From Octopus vulgaris (Eukaryota), in contig OX597815.1 of assembly GCA_951406725.2 (NCBI GenBank), positions 154,318,001 through 154,382,000 on the forward strand: a stretch of DNA of 64,000 bases, given 5' to 3'. The notes beneath the pieces are model-generated. The model made no database searches. It was given only the letters and a program-made list of their open reading frames with translations, and was not told the origin of the DNA. The position numbers and the translations under genes are program-made. Below, piece after piece: positions 1 through 13,788 of the stretch. Every line of letters begins with the position of its first letter. Positions within the stretch are counted from its first letter, which is position 1.

Positions 1-1122
1 GAGAGACGAGGGGATTTTCCTGAGAGAAGAGAGAAAGAGAGAAAATAAGAGGGAAAAAAAGAGAAAGGTGAGAGAATGGCAGGTCAGCAGGGGGAGAGTG
101 AGCGGGATAGAGGTGTAGTAGAAAGGGACAGGGTGGAAAAGTGAGACAAGAGGGTGGACCCTAGGGGGGGCAGGGAGAAGAAAGGCGGAGAGATAAAATG
201 GAGAGGAAGAGAGAGATGAAATGGAGAGGGAGAGAGAGAGAGGGCAGGATAGAGGTACCAGGGAGTGAAGTAAAGGGACAGAGAGGGTGGTGTGGAGGAA
301 GGAGACAGAGAGAGGAAAAAAGAGACAGGGGGGTGGTGAGCCTTAGAGGGAACAGGGAGAGGAAAGGTAGGAAGAAAAAAGGGGGAAGAGGAAGAGAGGG
401 GGCGCAACAAAGTGTAGTAAAGGGACAGGGAGGGTGGTGTAGAGAAAGAAATAAGGGGACAGAAGGGGAAGAGGAAAAGGGGTTTGACCTGTGAAGGAGC
501 GGAGAGGAAAGAGGCAGAGAGAGGGAGGGGGAGTAACAGAGAGAGAGAGAGAGAAAGAGGGCGGTATATAGATACAAGAGAGAATGAGTGAAGTTGAGGA
601 ACTGAGAGAGGGGGTGAGGTGAGAGAAAGTTGATCTGAGAGAGAGGCAGAAAGAGAAACGATTGCAGAGGGAGAGAGAGGGAGGAGGGGAGAGTGAGAGC
701 GGAAATAGAGGGTCTGGTGGATGGGGAGACAGATAAGGTATAAACTGTATGAGAGAGATAGAAATAGAAATGTAAGAAAGAGAGGGAGAGATTATAAAGA
801 TAGAATAGCGCGTATTTTTATATCTTTTTAATTATTATTTTCTGTTTGAAAGAACACTAATGATAACAAATAATAAAAATGTATGAGAGAGATAGAAATA
901 GAAATGTAAAAAAGAGAAAGAGAGAGTGCGTGGCAGGCACGAAATTATAAAGATTATAAAGATAGAATACCGCGTATTTTTTTATTTTTATATCTTTTTT
1001 TCTTTTTTTTTTTTTAATTATTTTCTGTTTGAAAGAACACTAATGATAACAAGATAAATAATATCTTACCTTACCGGCTGACATAGAGTACTTACGTGAT
1101 TCCTTTTTATAAGAAAGGAAGA
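1..1122 (-). mobile_element. Probable non-autonomous Helitron-like element (5' part) with GA-rich low-complexity interior
   Basis: Minus strand begins A|TCTTCCTTTCTTATAAAAAGG at 1122 (TC start after A). Diverged tandem duplication 746-880 / 880-1052. The 3' end lies outside the window. Confidence 0.35.
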
Positions 1123-1810
1123 TAGATAGACAAGACAGACCTTTTATATTCCTCCCCAAGCGCACTTTGTAAACAAAAGGGGTTTGAGTTTCGATTTAGC
1201 ACATGCAACAGTTTCACGATACTTTCTATATTTTCCTAAGCGATTTGGTATTAAGCAGCAAATTTTTCAGAGGCTTTTTTCAGAACACGCAGATATACAT
1301 CAAAACGAAAATATCCTTCTCAAAAATACTGTGTCTTGTTGATTCACAGACGAAGAATAAAATTCACTTCGATTTCGGGAAGTAACACACGTGCGTTTTA
1401 ACACGTGTATTCGCGAGTATGTTCTAGTTGCAAATACTACATCAAAAGCGAAAATATTCTTCTCAAATACAGTGACTTGTTGTACTATCACTTATATTCG
1501 CTTTGCAGACAATTTCGCTTCTGATAACATCAATCTCTGGAAGGACTTCTTTAATATTTAGGAGAGACACGTTAACACACTTGTTGTTAGTTCAGCGCCA
1601 TCTTATATGTAGATGTATATGCCATGATCTTATATGCCATCTTAGGTGTAGATGTATAATTAATAAATATTGCTATGGCTAAAACGCGTCCTAAAACTTG
1701 TGTAAATTTATATATGGGCCGACCAAATCCTTGTGAGTGAGTTTGGTTGATGGAAATTGAAAGAAAGCCTTCGTGTAAATATATATCTATATATATATAT
1801 ATATATATAC

Positions 1811-2183
<373 letters not shown>

Positions 2184-2821
2184 GTATATATATATATGGA
2201 TGTGTGTGTGTGTGTGTTTGTGTCTATGTCTCCGTAGCTTAGCGGATAGGCATGATTGATAGAATAAGTACTCGGCTTAAAACACAAGCACTGGGGGCAA
2301 TTCATTCGACTAAAAATTCATATGCCTGCGCATGTAAATGTATTTCGTTTTTTTGCTGGATTAAAGTTGTTTAATGAAATTACCACATATGTTACACAAA
2401 TATCTCTTGCATCCTCTGTAGCCGGTAACATGTTTAGTTCATAAGAACGTATGCAAGTTTTCAGTATCCTCGTCAGAAGAACTCGTCAAAACGACGAAGA
2501 GTAGTAATACAGGAATCTATTCAATCTGAAAAATTCTCCCCCACCCCCGTAATTTCACATTTCTTCCTTGTCTCTTCTTTCACTTCATTTACGTTAAGTA
2601 ATATATTTTCTTTACATATCTTTTTTTAAAATTATTTTCCAGTTAATTTTTTTCTCTTCTATTTAAATTTCTTTTCCTCTGCTACTCTGTTTTAAAATGA
2701 AAATAATATTCAAAAGGTTAAGTCATCTCAATAATTTCTTAGTTAGGAATCTGTCTATATTACAATTTTTCTTTTATTTATTACTGCTTTCATTCTTATA
2801 TCTATTCTGATATTAAATAAT

Positions 2822-2960
2822 TTCTTCTTCTTCTTCTTCTTCTTCTTCTTCTTCTTCTTCTTCTTCTTCTTCTTCTTCTTCTTCTTCTTCTTCTTCTTCT
2901 TCTTCTTCTTCTTCTTCTTCTTCTTCTTCTTCTTCTTCTTCTTCTTCTTCGTCTTCTTCT
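2822..2960. repeat. (TTC)n microsatellite
   Basis: Directly visible; source of the poly-K and poly-R ORFs. Confidence 0.98.
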
Positions 2961-3170
2961 TTTCCTCATTGTTATCAAAAATATTAATTTTTTGTTCTTG
3001 TACGTACCTCTGGTGTGTGTCACACTTCAAAGAAGTAGCAAAGCGAGAGAGAGAGCGAGAGTGAGAGCAAGAGAGAGAGAGAGAGTGAGAAAGCAAGAGA
3101 GATAGAGAGAGTGAAAGAGACAGAAACTTTAAAAATGCAAAAACATGGAAATTTAGGTAACTCTAATTTA

Positions 3171-3385
3171 GGTAACAGAATCGTTTGCGTGCCAGGGAAA
3201 ATGCTTAGCGGCATTTCTTCAGGTCATTTACATTATGAGTTCAAATTCCACCGAGTTCGACTTTGGTTTTCATCGTAGGGGTCCATAAAATAAGTACCAG
3301 CCCTGTACTCGGCTCGATATATTTGACTATAACTTATCCAAAATTTCAGGCCATGTGCCTATAGAGAAAGGATTATTATTATTAC
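3171..3385 (+). mobile_element. Decayed tRNA-derived SINE with Nin/Deu-type central domain
   Basis: GAGTTCAAATTCC B-box and TCGACTTTGGTTTTCATC...AAAATAAGTACCAG domain, shared with the copy at 56049; (ATT)n tail. Confidence 0.7.
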
Positions 3386-3926
3386 TATTAGTGAATGGGA
3401 AAGCAGTGCATGCCATCAAAGTGACACTGGAATAAAATATACGAAGCCCAATATACCCACCATGACCACCCGTCTGATAAGGGTACACCAGGAAAATGTA
3501 TCACAACTGTATGTGCATGACATAGTGATCTCATATCAAGATAAACAGCATATAACCTTGCAGGTGGGGTCCAGTTAGAATTTTCTTCTGTCAAGTAGCC
3601 TATCCCGCTCTGAAAGGTCCCTGAATAAGGTTTGTTTAAAGGTGTTGAACGAAATCCCCATGTTTCCAGAGGTGAATTATTCAAGCCCTCCCCAAAATTC
3701 CTTTCAGCACATGGCTACGTCTGCTCGTGTTCAGAGATGCACATATCGTCAGCCATTAAGGGACATGCTCGACTGCTTAATGTCAAGCAACTGACAAACA
3801 AATCTGTGATACTGAGCAGAATATTTACTGTAGCCCATCTTTTATACATAGACAAAACATGAACATGATAATGCTTCCAATCAGTTAAGATCAGAAGCCA
3901 TGAGAGCCACTGCCTGGTACTGCATC
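3386..3926 (-). mobile_element. Retroposon (SINE or LINE-tail type) with (AAT)n-like tail
   Basis: Its terminal ~110 nt match the plus-strand copy at ~29660-29768 (CTGGTGTA(C/T)CCTTATCAGACGGGT...). Confidence 0.55.
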
Positions 3927-4163
3927 GGATGCTGGCTCTCACTGACACTAATACTATTATTATTATTAGTTGTAGTAGTAAAAGAAGTAGCAACATCAGC
4001 ATTTCCGATTACCTTGTTTAATGGAAAAATTAATTTGTTTTTCTCTCGTTTGTAAAACCAAATATTCGTCTATCTGTTTCTCTCTCTCTCTCTCTCTCTT
4101 TCTTTCTCTCTTTCGCCCTCTATTTTTCTCTATTTCTCTCTCTTTCGCTCCCTTCCCCTTCCC

Positions 4164-4340
<177 letters not shown>

Positions 4341-4882
4341 TGTGAGCATGTGTGTCTTTGTGTGTAAATAAAAGGGAGCTCAGCACAATATTTTTATCAC
4401 TTAATTTCTTAAATTTTCTTATTACAATTTCAAAGGATTGCTACATTTTCGTTACTTAGCATCTCTACTGCCACTTCAAACGGATTTTAGATTCAGAATC
4501 AATGTTAATTACAACACTCAAAATATCATGATTTGAATGTAATAGTAAGAGTAGAAGCGAGAATATGTTTATCACAAAGTGAAGGACAAATATCTTTTCT
4601 TGCAAATGTGCTTTGTTTTAGCAGCTTCAACGAAAATATTTATATTAAAAGGAAAAATGTTTGTGAACACTAAATCGATGTAATAGTAAAGAATATTTGC
4701 TCGTCATTAGAACCCATTAAAACATTAAAAATGACATATATACACGGTGAGATAGGCAAAACACCGTATACAACAATTATATATTTAGCTATACATTCAC
4801 GTATAAATATTTAGGTAGACACATATACGTCCATATTAATTAATGCAGATGTGAACATATAGATATATATCTACTATATTCA

Positions 4883-4936
<54 letters not shown>

Positions 4937-5397
4937 TTAAAATGAGGGTGAAAAATTAGATATTAATTTAATTAACATCGATTTCACACCAGTGGTCTAG
5001 CGTATATAAAAACTGAAGGTTCAGTAAACTTGTATTATGTACATATTAGAGGGAAACCACAGCGGACCTATTTCTAGAATAAGGGTGTCCACATAGTGGT
5101 TTCCCTCTAATATGTATATATATATACATATGTACATACCTACATACACGCACACATGTATATACACACACGCACATACACGCACCCGCCTGAGGCCACC
5201 AACAACGATCTCCCGGCACTGTATGGACTGCGCAACGACAATAAAATGACCATTGACAGGACCACTGACGAGACCACTCAGCGGATCCATTGTTGCCAAC
5301 AACTACCAAATCTCCTACTTCCTCTCAATGATCATACGTCCTCTGCTAAAAATGTTCCCAGACGTGTGTGATAGCACGGAGAACCTCCTCAGTAGGA

Positions 5398-5429
<32 letters not shown>

Positions 5430-5624
5430 CGTTCAAGTATACATATACTGATATATAAACACAAGGCTTCCTGCATATGCATACAGATTGAGAATCTCTC
5501 AAATACACACGTAAATATACATGCTATCAAGACAAAGTATGCGTACACTACAAACATGCTCCTTTCACAAATAACGCATCCCTGCCTTGGTGTATGGCCT
5601 TCTCAAAAATGGAATATATTGAGA

Positions 5625-6309
5625 CTAGCTGAACGTGACCCACTCTACGAGCGGGTGAGGGTGTGGTTGTCACATTCTGTTTCTTAAATCTTGCCTTAAT
5701 TTTCAAAATTTCGAACCCATTTTCCACGCTTAAATTGCAAATCCGTCTCCACTTTACCATGTTGAAAATTTGATTGAAATCGGGCAAAAGGTGTCCAATC
5801 TAGACCCCCAGGTTTCCCCCAAAATCAATAAAATTCCCGTTTTCACAGCAAAGCAACCACTGTATCGCTCCAAAACTTTTCCCAGTCAATTTCTCACCTT
5901 AAGTTACCCCCTCCTGTAAATTTTAATTCCCTTCCAGCCCCATTTAACCCCTTTTTACATAAATATCCAATTTGTATCAACGTTCACCTTCTTCATTTTA
6001 TAGATTAGATTAAAGATAACCGCCTCTAGCCCCCGCAGCAACACGAAAAGTCACCATTATTCAAACAGCGCAACCTGTCTATCCCATAAACTCAATTTTA
6101 CCCATATTGCTCACCATAGCAACCAAACGGTAGCCCCGAGCGTCTTGCAACCGTTCTCACACCATTGCCCACCCCATTTTACCCCCCAGTGTAAATTTTT
6201 GCGCCAATCCGACCCCACCTACTGCCTCTTAAACCGTTCACATCCCAAAATGAGACAAACAACCACGAAATCAAACAACTTTTTCGCATTTCAGCTTTAT
6301 AGATATTGA
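5625..6309 (-). mobile_element. Non-autonomous Helitron
   Basis: Minus strand starts A|TC at 6309 and ends CTAG|T at 5625. Subterminal hairpin ACCCACTC-tac-GAGCGGGT (5638-5656). A related 5' end recurs at ~7190-7283. Confidence 0.7.
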
Positions 6310-6358
6310 TGATTATACACACACACACAGATATATGTATATATATATATGTACGTTT

Positions 6359-6674
6359 AAATATTTGTTGTGCAAGATTTTTTATGTGAAGTCGTGTGTT
6401 GAAACAGATATTGTTATATTTCGAAATGGTCATATTGCCAGTTTAGCCAATAAAAACACACGCACTATATATTTGGTGTTATTTTGCTTCAGTGTTATTT
6501 ATTTTTTACATTAATCTTAATCTTATTTTATATATATATAATCTTATTTTAATCTGGCCGAAATAAGATTAAGATCAATGTAAAAAATAAATAACACTGA
6601 AGCAAAATAACACCAACTATATAGTGCGTGTGTTTTTATTGACTAAACTGGCAATATGACCATTCCGAAATATG

Positions 6675-6681
<7 letters not shown>
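6359..6681 (+). mobile_element. Fold-back PLE terminus: decayed HHR followed by ~120-bp inverted repeats
   Basis: Arms 6408-6527 / 6561-6681. Stem I AAATAT/ATATTT and GAAA-CAGATATTG-TT are present, but the 5' core has decayed to TTGTTG. Flanked by (TA)n. Confidence 0.6.
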
Positions 6682-6747
<66 letters not shown>

Positions 6748-7544
6748 ACACATTATATATATATTTATATACACACATATATATATAATTAACACAATAT
6801 ATCTGATTAATAATATATGTTATGATTGTGCAATGGTGGTGGGCGATAATACGTCTCCGTTCTAAACGACCTGTGGCGGGAATATTTAAACTTTTGCGGC
6901 TGTCAACACTTTCTCCCTATAGATACGTAGAGACTTACAGTGAGAGACTTACAGTAGTGGAAGAAAGAGTGACAGAGAGACGAAGCTGTCAAACGTCAAT
7001 AAAGAGAGAAAGTAGGAAAGGAAAGAAAGAGGGTGATCGAGGAAGATAGGTTGATATCCGAAAAGAGAAATGACAAATACTTGTCAAAGTCTGGGTTTTG
7101 TTACCCTAGTAACCATAGCTTTTGCGATAGAGGTTTCTAACCTAGTTCACTCAACTCCTCGCATCTTTTTACATGTCCCTGAACATTTTGGAGCCAATCC
7201 GACCCCATCTAATGCTCCTTAACTCGTTCCAATGCTAAAATGAGATAAGCAAACTTTTCACATTTCAGCTTTATAGATATTGATGTGGCAAAATAAATAT
7301 ATCAGTCAAAAGCTAGGTAATATATAGAAAAAATAGGGGAATGTACGAAAGGTAATGCGTGCGCATTCTTAAGATTTAACTTAGTTAAATCAATAGACAG
7401 TAGAATGTTTTTAAACACATTTGCCAAGTAAAAGTTCATTATTTATAAGACAGACCACCACCACCACCATCATCATTATCATCATCATCTGCAGCAGTGG
7501 CAGTAGCAACAACCATCTCAGCAGTAGCATCTGTAATGTGTGTT

Positions 7545-7742
7545 TTGTAATATTGGCTTCAAAATTTGGTGCAAGGCCAGCAATTTCGGGGGAGGGAGAA
7601 AGTTGGTTTACATCCATCCCAGTGCTCAACTGGTACATATTTTATCGCCCCCAAAATGATGAAAGGGAAATTCGACCGCAGCAGCATTTGAATTCAGAAC
7701 GTAAAGACGGACGAAATGCCGTGGAGCATTTTGTCCAACGCT
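7545..7742 (-). mobile_element. Nin/Deu-domain tRNA-SINE copy
   Basis: Reverse complement of the 56049 family. Further copies at ~39105-39318, ~40920-41135, ~49340-49690 (minus) and ~50060-50262 (plus). Confidence 0.65.
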
Positions 7743-9522
7743 GACTTCGTGTTTTGCAAAATGAAAATGTTTTAACTTGCTTATGTTTGCAGTCTTCCAG
7801 TCATCTTATTTGTTTTATTTTTAAAAAAAATGTTCGTAAGTTAGTAATATCTCCAGAGCTCCGAAGGTACACGACTGATATTGGCACCTATCACCTTCAC
7901 AGCGTCAACGAGATTTAATTAATCCTTTCAAATTCAAAAGTGATGCCTTTAGATTGTGGCTTCCTAGAGATAACCAGTTAAAGAAGTATTATGTATTTAT
8001 TACAAGAGAATATTTGTGGGTATCCAATCCTAGTATGATAGAAAACTATTACCGTAAAAACTATAAAGTATCTAATTCTATAATGGTTTATAAGTGTTAT
8101 CTTTCTTGCACCGATTTTATGGAACAGACAATTATCAACACCAATATGGCGATAACTGTTTCATTCTTCATTATGTGGATTAGTGGACTGCGAGACTGTA
8201 TTGGCTTCGTGTATAATGACTTTCCACACTGGTATATTCCAAGGGTTACTGCGGAAAATGTTTGATAGAAAATCATAACTATACAAAGGCAGTTAAAAAA
8301 AAAACTCTCTTGTTATTGTAATTAATGCTGCAATTTCTTAAAAAAGTAAGTCCACGCTCAGTACTTATCACGACCTGGGCTCTAGAACCCGATTATCGAG
8401 AAAATATTTTTCGTTCGTCTTATAATGAAGACTAGATAAAATCAGTATTTACTCACACTTCAACAAATTCTTCCAACAGGAGGTTCATGAATGTTGATAA
8501 TATCATCTTATCAGCTACTTGAGACGTAGTAGTGTAAGTTGTAATTTATGTACATATAGAACGTACAGATGTGTGTATGTATATATGTAAGAATGAATGT
8601 ATGCATGTCAAAAATGGATGTATGTATGTGTGTATGTAAGGGTCAACATATTTTTATTAGTAGATGAATGCCTAAATATGGTAAAATACATTAACCATTA
8701 CTAAGATGAGGGCAAATTATGGTTAACTAAGGTTGGAAATTATTCATTTCAATTGATCTAGTTTATAAAAATAGAACGTATTTTGAGGTGTGGTCCGAAA
8801 ATGTGTTTAAATTTAAGGTCCAAAAGATTTATGTATGGTCTTTTGAACTTTTAACCCTATTTAAAAATTACAATAGTTCAATACTATCACTTGGGTTAAT
8901 CTTTATATCCTCAGCTGTCTGTTCTCTATTGAAGTTTTATTTCTATAATATTTTCATACGTTTTTAAAACTACGTATTTTAATATTTTCTACAACTACTT
9001 TACTTCCCCTTCTTATCCCTTCCTGTTTTTTGTTAGCATTATAGATGGCCAATTCCCTGAACTTAAATCCAGTACCTTAATTAACATGAAAGAAAATGTC
9101 TTTCTATTTTACTGATCATACCAAGCTAATTTTAACTCGCCCTGTTCTTCCCTAAATTGTATATATAAACAGAAAATTCCGTATGTCTATTTGGCGATGG
9201 AGCTTTGGTCTAACGTTGATGTTCTGGAGATGTGAAGGGCTAGATTTCTATATTTGCATTGATTTGTGAATATACAATTGTACTGTATAATACGTAGCTT
9301 GCATATCAGTGAAGACATGTAAACATAATTTGTTATGCGCTGAAATTGTTATTACATGTAGTAGGTTATTAAACGATTGTATTCTTAAGATTTACTAATG
9401 GTTAAATGAAAATATTCACGTCTCATTCATCCTAATGTTTTATGGTCTTCATAAATATTATATATATATATATATATATATATTTAAAAAAAGGAGATGT
9501 CGAACACGAGTGGTGATATATA

Positions 9523-9713
9523 AAAAAGGAAATGAAGAAAATGCTGACAAATAATTGAAGTAATTTAAGTAATTTAATTAGGTGAAAGTTCTTTTTACCG
9601 GTTGCGCATTTGTTATGCTTAAGCATAACAAATGCGCAACCGGTAAAAAGAACTTTCACCTAATTAAATTACTTAAATTACTTCAATTATTTGTCAGCAT
9701 TTTCTTCATTTCC

Positions 9714-9718
<5 letters not shown>
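9523..9718. repeat. Perfect spacer-less palindrome (98-bp arms) between (TA)n tracts
   Basis: Axis at 9620/9621 (GCTT|AAGC). The ORF track gives identical N-terminal peptides on both strands (9432-9659 minus, 9582-9866 plus). Confidence 0.95.
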
Positions 9719-9750
<32 letters not shown>

Positions 9751-9860
9751 GTGTGTGTGTGTGTATGTATGTGTGTTTGTGTATGTGTGTGTATCTGTAT
9801 ATATATATATATATATACATATATATGGGTGTATATAGATATGTATATGTATTTGTATGC

Positions 9861-9935
<75 letters not shown>

Positions 9936-9950
9936 ATATACATATATTTA

Positions 9951-9984
<34 letters not shown>

Positions 9985-10086
9985 GTTACGCATTCACACA
10001 AACACACGCACAACCAAGCTCAGAAATACAAAGTCGCTTACCAACAGCAGCACAGATGCATAAATTTAATAACCCACAGGGAATTC

Positions 10087-11880
10087 GGTCGCAGTAAACA
10101 AATTTATCCATTTTCAAGAATATTAGGAGGTGAACAAATTACATTGTTTTGAATAATTTATCTCTATTCTTTTAAACTATATTCACAGGTGTAAATTCAA
10201 ATATTTCCATTCACCTACTTTCACCATGGCATAGATGTACACTTACATATAGACATACATGCATTGGGACAGCCAGACATACATACATACATACATACAT
10301 ACATACATACATACATACATACATACATACATACATACATACATTAGTGACTGCCAACTCACTGTCGAGTATACTCAAAATTTTCTTAACTTCCTTTCTC
10401 TTAAAAGGCAAAACCTCCTGCTCACACCATAAACATACAACAGTGGGATAGCACCGAGATTATTTCTTCCAGATACCAACGGTACATCAATGAAGACGCA
10501 CCTCGACCGACAATCAGAGAATAGCATAAACTCTCGCCTATGGTGCATCTTCCGTATGCTCTCAAGAATGGAGAAACAACGAAAATAGTGTTATTTCATT
10601 GTCTTACTGGCGTAGTACTCAAATTGCACTTGCGAAACCTAGAGGTCGCAGTAAACAAATTTATCAATTTTCAAGAATATTAGGAGAGGAACAAATTACA
10701 TTGTTTTGAATAATTTACTTCTATTTTTTTTCACAGTATTCACAGGTGTAAATTCAAATGTTCCCATTTACCTACCTTCACCATGGCATAGATGTACACT
10801 TACATATAGACATTCATGCATTGGGACAGCCAAACAGACAGACAAACATACATACATACATACATGCATACATGATGGCTGCCCCCTCGTTATCGAGTAT
10901 GGCCATTGCACGAAGCTTAACTGCTATTGGTGCTGAGATCGAATGTGACTTTTATTTGCTTTTTAAGGCCACAGCCAGCTGTTCGGTTGAGACTCACAGC
11001 ACTATCAACAATCATGAACAATGTTGCTATCGTGCAATGCCTGTGCAAGAAGATTTTTTTAAAGTCAGGAAAGGCTGTGCACTGAGTCAATCCCACTCAC
11101 TAAGCAACAGCAGCCATAATCCGAAAAGAAGAACAAGTCAACATCGTCGGCAACCACTGAGCCGCAGGTTTTATATCGGAGTTATGCCAGTTACCTGAGT
11201 TACCTTCTCCTTGAAGGATGCCCTAACAAAGTCTAAGAGTCCTTCACTCCCAATGGTTTAACGGCGCGATCGGGTATTCAGTCCGATTATTTCTATGTTC
11301 CTGCGCATGATACAGCCTTAAGACATTTACTAGATGGCCGTTGACACTCAAGAGTTCCTCCGCCCTTTGACGGGTTTTGTTTTTCATCCCACAGGGTGTC
11401 CAATAAACATCCTCCTCACCAAGCAAACTTGGTGGGATTTCTGGTTTAGTCGCCGACGACCCGACTATGCAACAAGTTGTACTGGGTTACATGTTACCAG
11501 AAGCGCTGGAAAGTGACCTGACATAACAGGCATGCATACATACATACATACATACATACATACATACATACATACATACATGCATACATACATACATAGT
11601 GACTGCCAACTCACTGTCGAGTATACTCGAACTTTTCTTAACTTCCTTTCTCTTAAAAGGCAAAACCTCCTGCTCACACCATAAACAGTGGGACTGAACC
11701 GAGATTCTTTCTTCCAGATACCAACTGTATTTCAATGAAGACGCACCTGGACTGACAATCAGAGAATTGCATAAACGCTCGCCTATGGTGCATCTTCCGT
11801 ATGCCCTCAAGAATGGAAAATAGTGTTATTTCATTGTCTTACTGGCGTAGTACTCAAATTGCACTAGCGAAACTTAGGTC
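10087..11880. repeat. Tandem duplication of a ~557-bp unit; second copy interrupted by a retroposon
   Basis: Copy 1 at 10087-10643; copy 2 at 10644-10872 plus 11531-11880. Both start GGTCGCAGTAAACAAATTTATC and end ...AAATTGCACT(T/A)GCGAAAC. Confidence 0.9.
10873..11530 (-). mobile_element. Non-autonomous RTE-type retroposon inserted in (CATA)n
   Basis: Absent from the paralogous copy. Minus-strand 3' end ...GGCAGCCATCA(TGTA)n resembles the RTE end at 57824 (GGACGGCCATCA). Contains GGGCATCCTTCAAGGAGAAGGTAACTC, which resembles RTE 5' UTR motifs. No ORF. Confidence 0.55.
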
Positions 11881-12009
11881 TAACGATATGTGTACTTCCA
11901 CCAACTCGAATCTTCATTTAAAAAGAGAAGACAACGGGTCAAAAGTTCAAGTACATATAGTAACACGTGCTTGTGCACTGGGAATTCAAATCGGAACCTT
12001 TGAAGAACG

Positions 12010-12068
<59 letters not shown>

Positions 12069-13190
12069 CGCAAGCGCGCACAGACACGCATACAGACACA
12101 CACGCATATATGTGTGTGTACGTATAAGTATGTATTTATATATATATATATATATATATACATACATACTTTATGTATATATATATGTATATATATGTGT
12201 GTATATATATACACATATATATTTGTGAGTATATGTATGTGTGTAGCGATATATATGTACGTATGTGTGTGTGTGTATATAAATAAATATATATATATAT
12301 ATAATGAAATAATGAAATAAAGAGAATAAAAGATAAATATATAAACGAAGAACATGAAAGTAATCAGAAACTTTCTTCGATCGCCTCGAAAGTCGAACTT
12401 ATCATTTTTTGTGTAGACTTTTCCAGTGTATACTTAAATACGTATGCAGACACACACCTTCATGTACTTATATACATACGCACACAGTTCCATAGGTAAA
12501 AAAATGAATATTAAGTGAAAAACAGGGCATTGGTAAAATGGAATAATTTCATTTAGTAGTTGAGTTCTATAAATAGAGACCAATGGTTTCAAGTTTCATT
12601 AAAAACGTTCGAAATTATTCAATTTGCAATCTTTTGCATGAAACCCCTGGTAACAACATATGTATATGTATATATACATATATACCCAGTAATAAAATCA
12701 CACAGACACTCAAAAGAAAAAAACACATATACTCGCAATCCAAGCACCACAACAAACACTCACAAACATACATACACACAAGCATGCACACACACAATGA
12801 CACGCACCTCCCATACAAATACAAGACACAGACACACTCACACAAACACACCCAAACGTATACACACACACTGCACTAACAATACAAGCAAAACAAATCA
12901 CAAATGCAGCACACACGTATGTCCCCCCACCCAGAAACTACATAAACCGTACTCACACACAAACATATATACACACAGAAACGCATACTCAATACAAACA
13001 CGCACAAAACGCATATGCACACACATACACACCACCCAGATAAACGCAACACACATGGACACACAGAACACCTGATAAATACAACACACACACATATACA
13101 CATCCACACATACCCACACACATATGCACCCTCACCCACACATGCGGTTGCTCACATACACACACACACACCACAAGGACAATTAAAACA

Positions 13191-13705
13191 CATACTCAGA
13201 CAGACACAACACACACACTCACGTACACACATATAACATCCCCACCAACACAAAAACACACAAACATACACGCGCGCACACACACCCGCACACATACACA
13301 CACGAGAACGAACACATAGACACACACATACGCACACACAACACCATGACAAATACCAATCACACACATATATATATATACACACAACACCAAGACAATC
13401 ATAACAACACAAACATACTCAGACAGTGACACACACTCACGTACACACATAACATCCCCACCAACACAAAAACACACAAACATACACGCGCGCACACACA
13501 CCCGCACACATACACACACGAGAACGAACACATAGACACACACATACGCACACACAACACCATGACAAATACCAATCACACACATATATATATATATACA
13601 CACAACACCAAGACAATCATAACAACACAAACATACTCAGACAGTGACACACACTCACGTACACACATAACATCCCCACCAACACAAAAACACACAAACA
13701 TACAC
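13191..13705. repeat. CA-rich minisatellite, ~220-bp unit, ~2.3 copies
   Basis: CATACTCAGACAG recurs at 13191, 13414 and 13632 with near-identical intervening sequence. Confidence 0.9.
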
Positions 13706-13788
13706 ACGCACTCACAGACGCACACATACACACACGCGAACAAACATGTATTTATATATACATCCTTATATATATATATATATATATA

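Noticed and set aside
2445-2480. Minus-strand CTGACGA-GGATACT-GAAA
   Set aside because: No convincing stem I, stem III or UH site
5262-5292. CTGACGA followed by a hairpin
   Set aside because: No GAAA; part of a short GACCACT repeat
7954-8265. 103-aa non-repetitive ORF
   Set aside because: Starts at TTG, has no recognisable domain and no splice support
13191-13705. CRISPR-like array
   Set aside because: Whole units are repeated with no unique spacers; eukaryotic minisatellite
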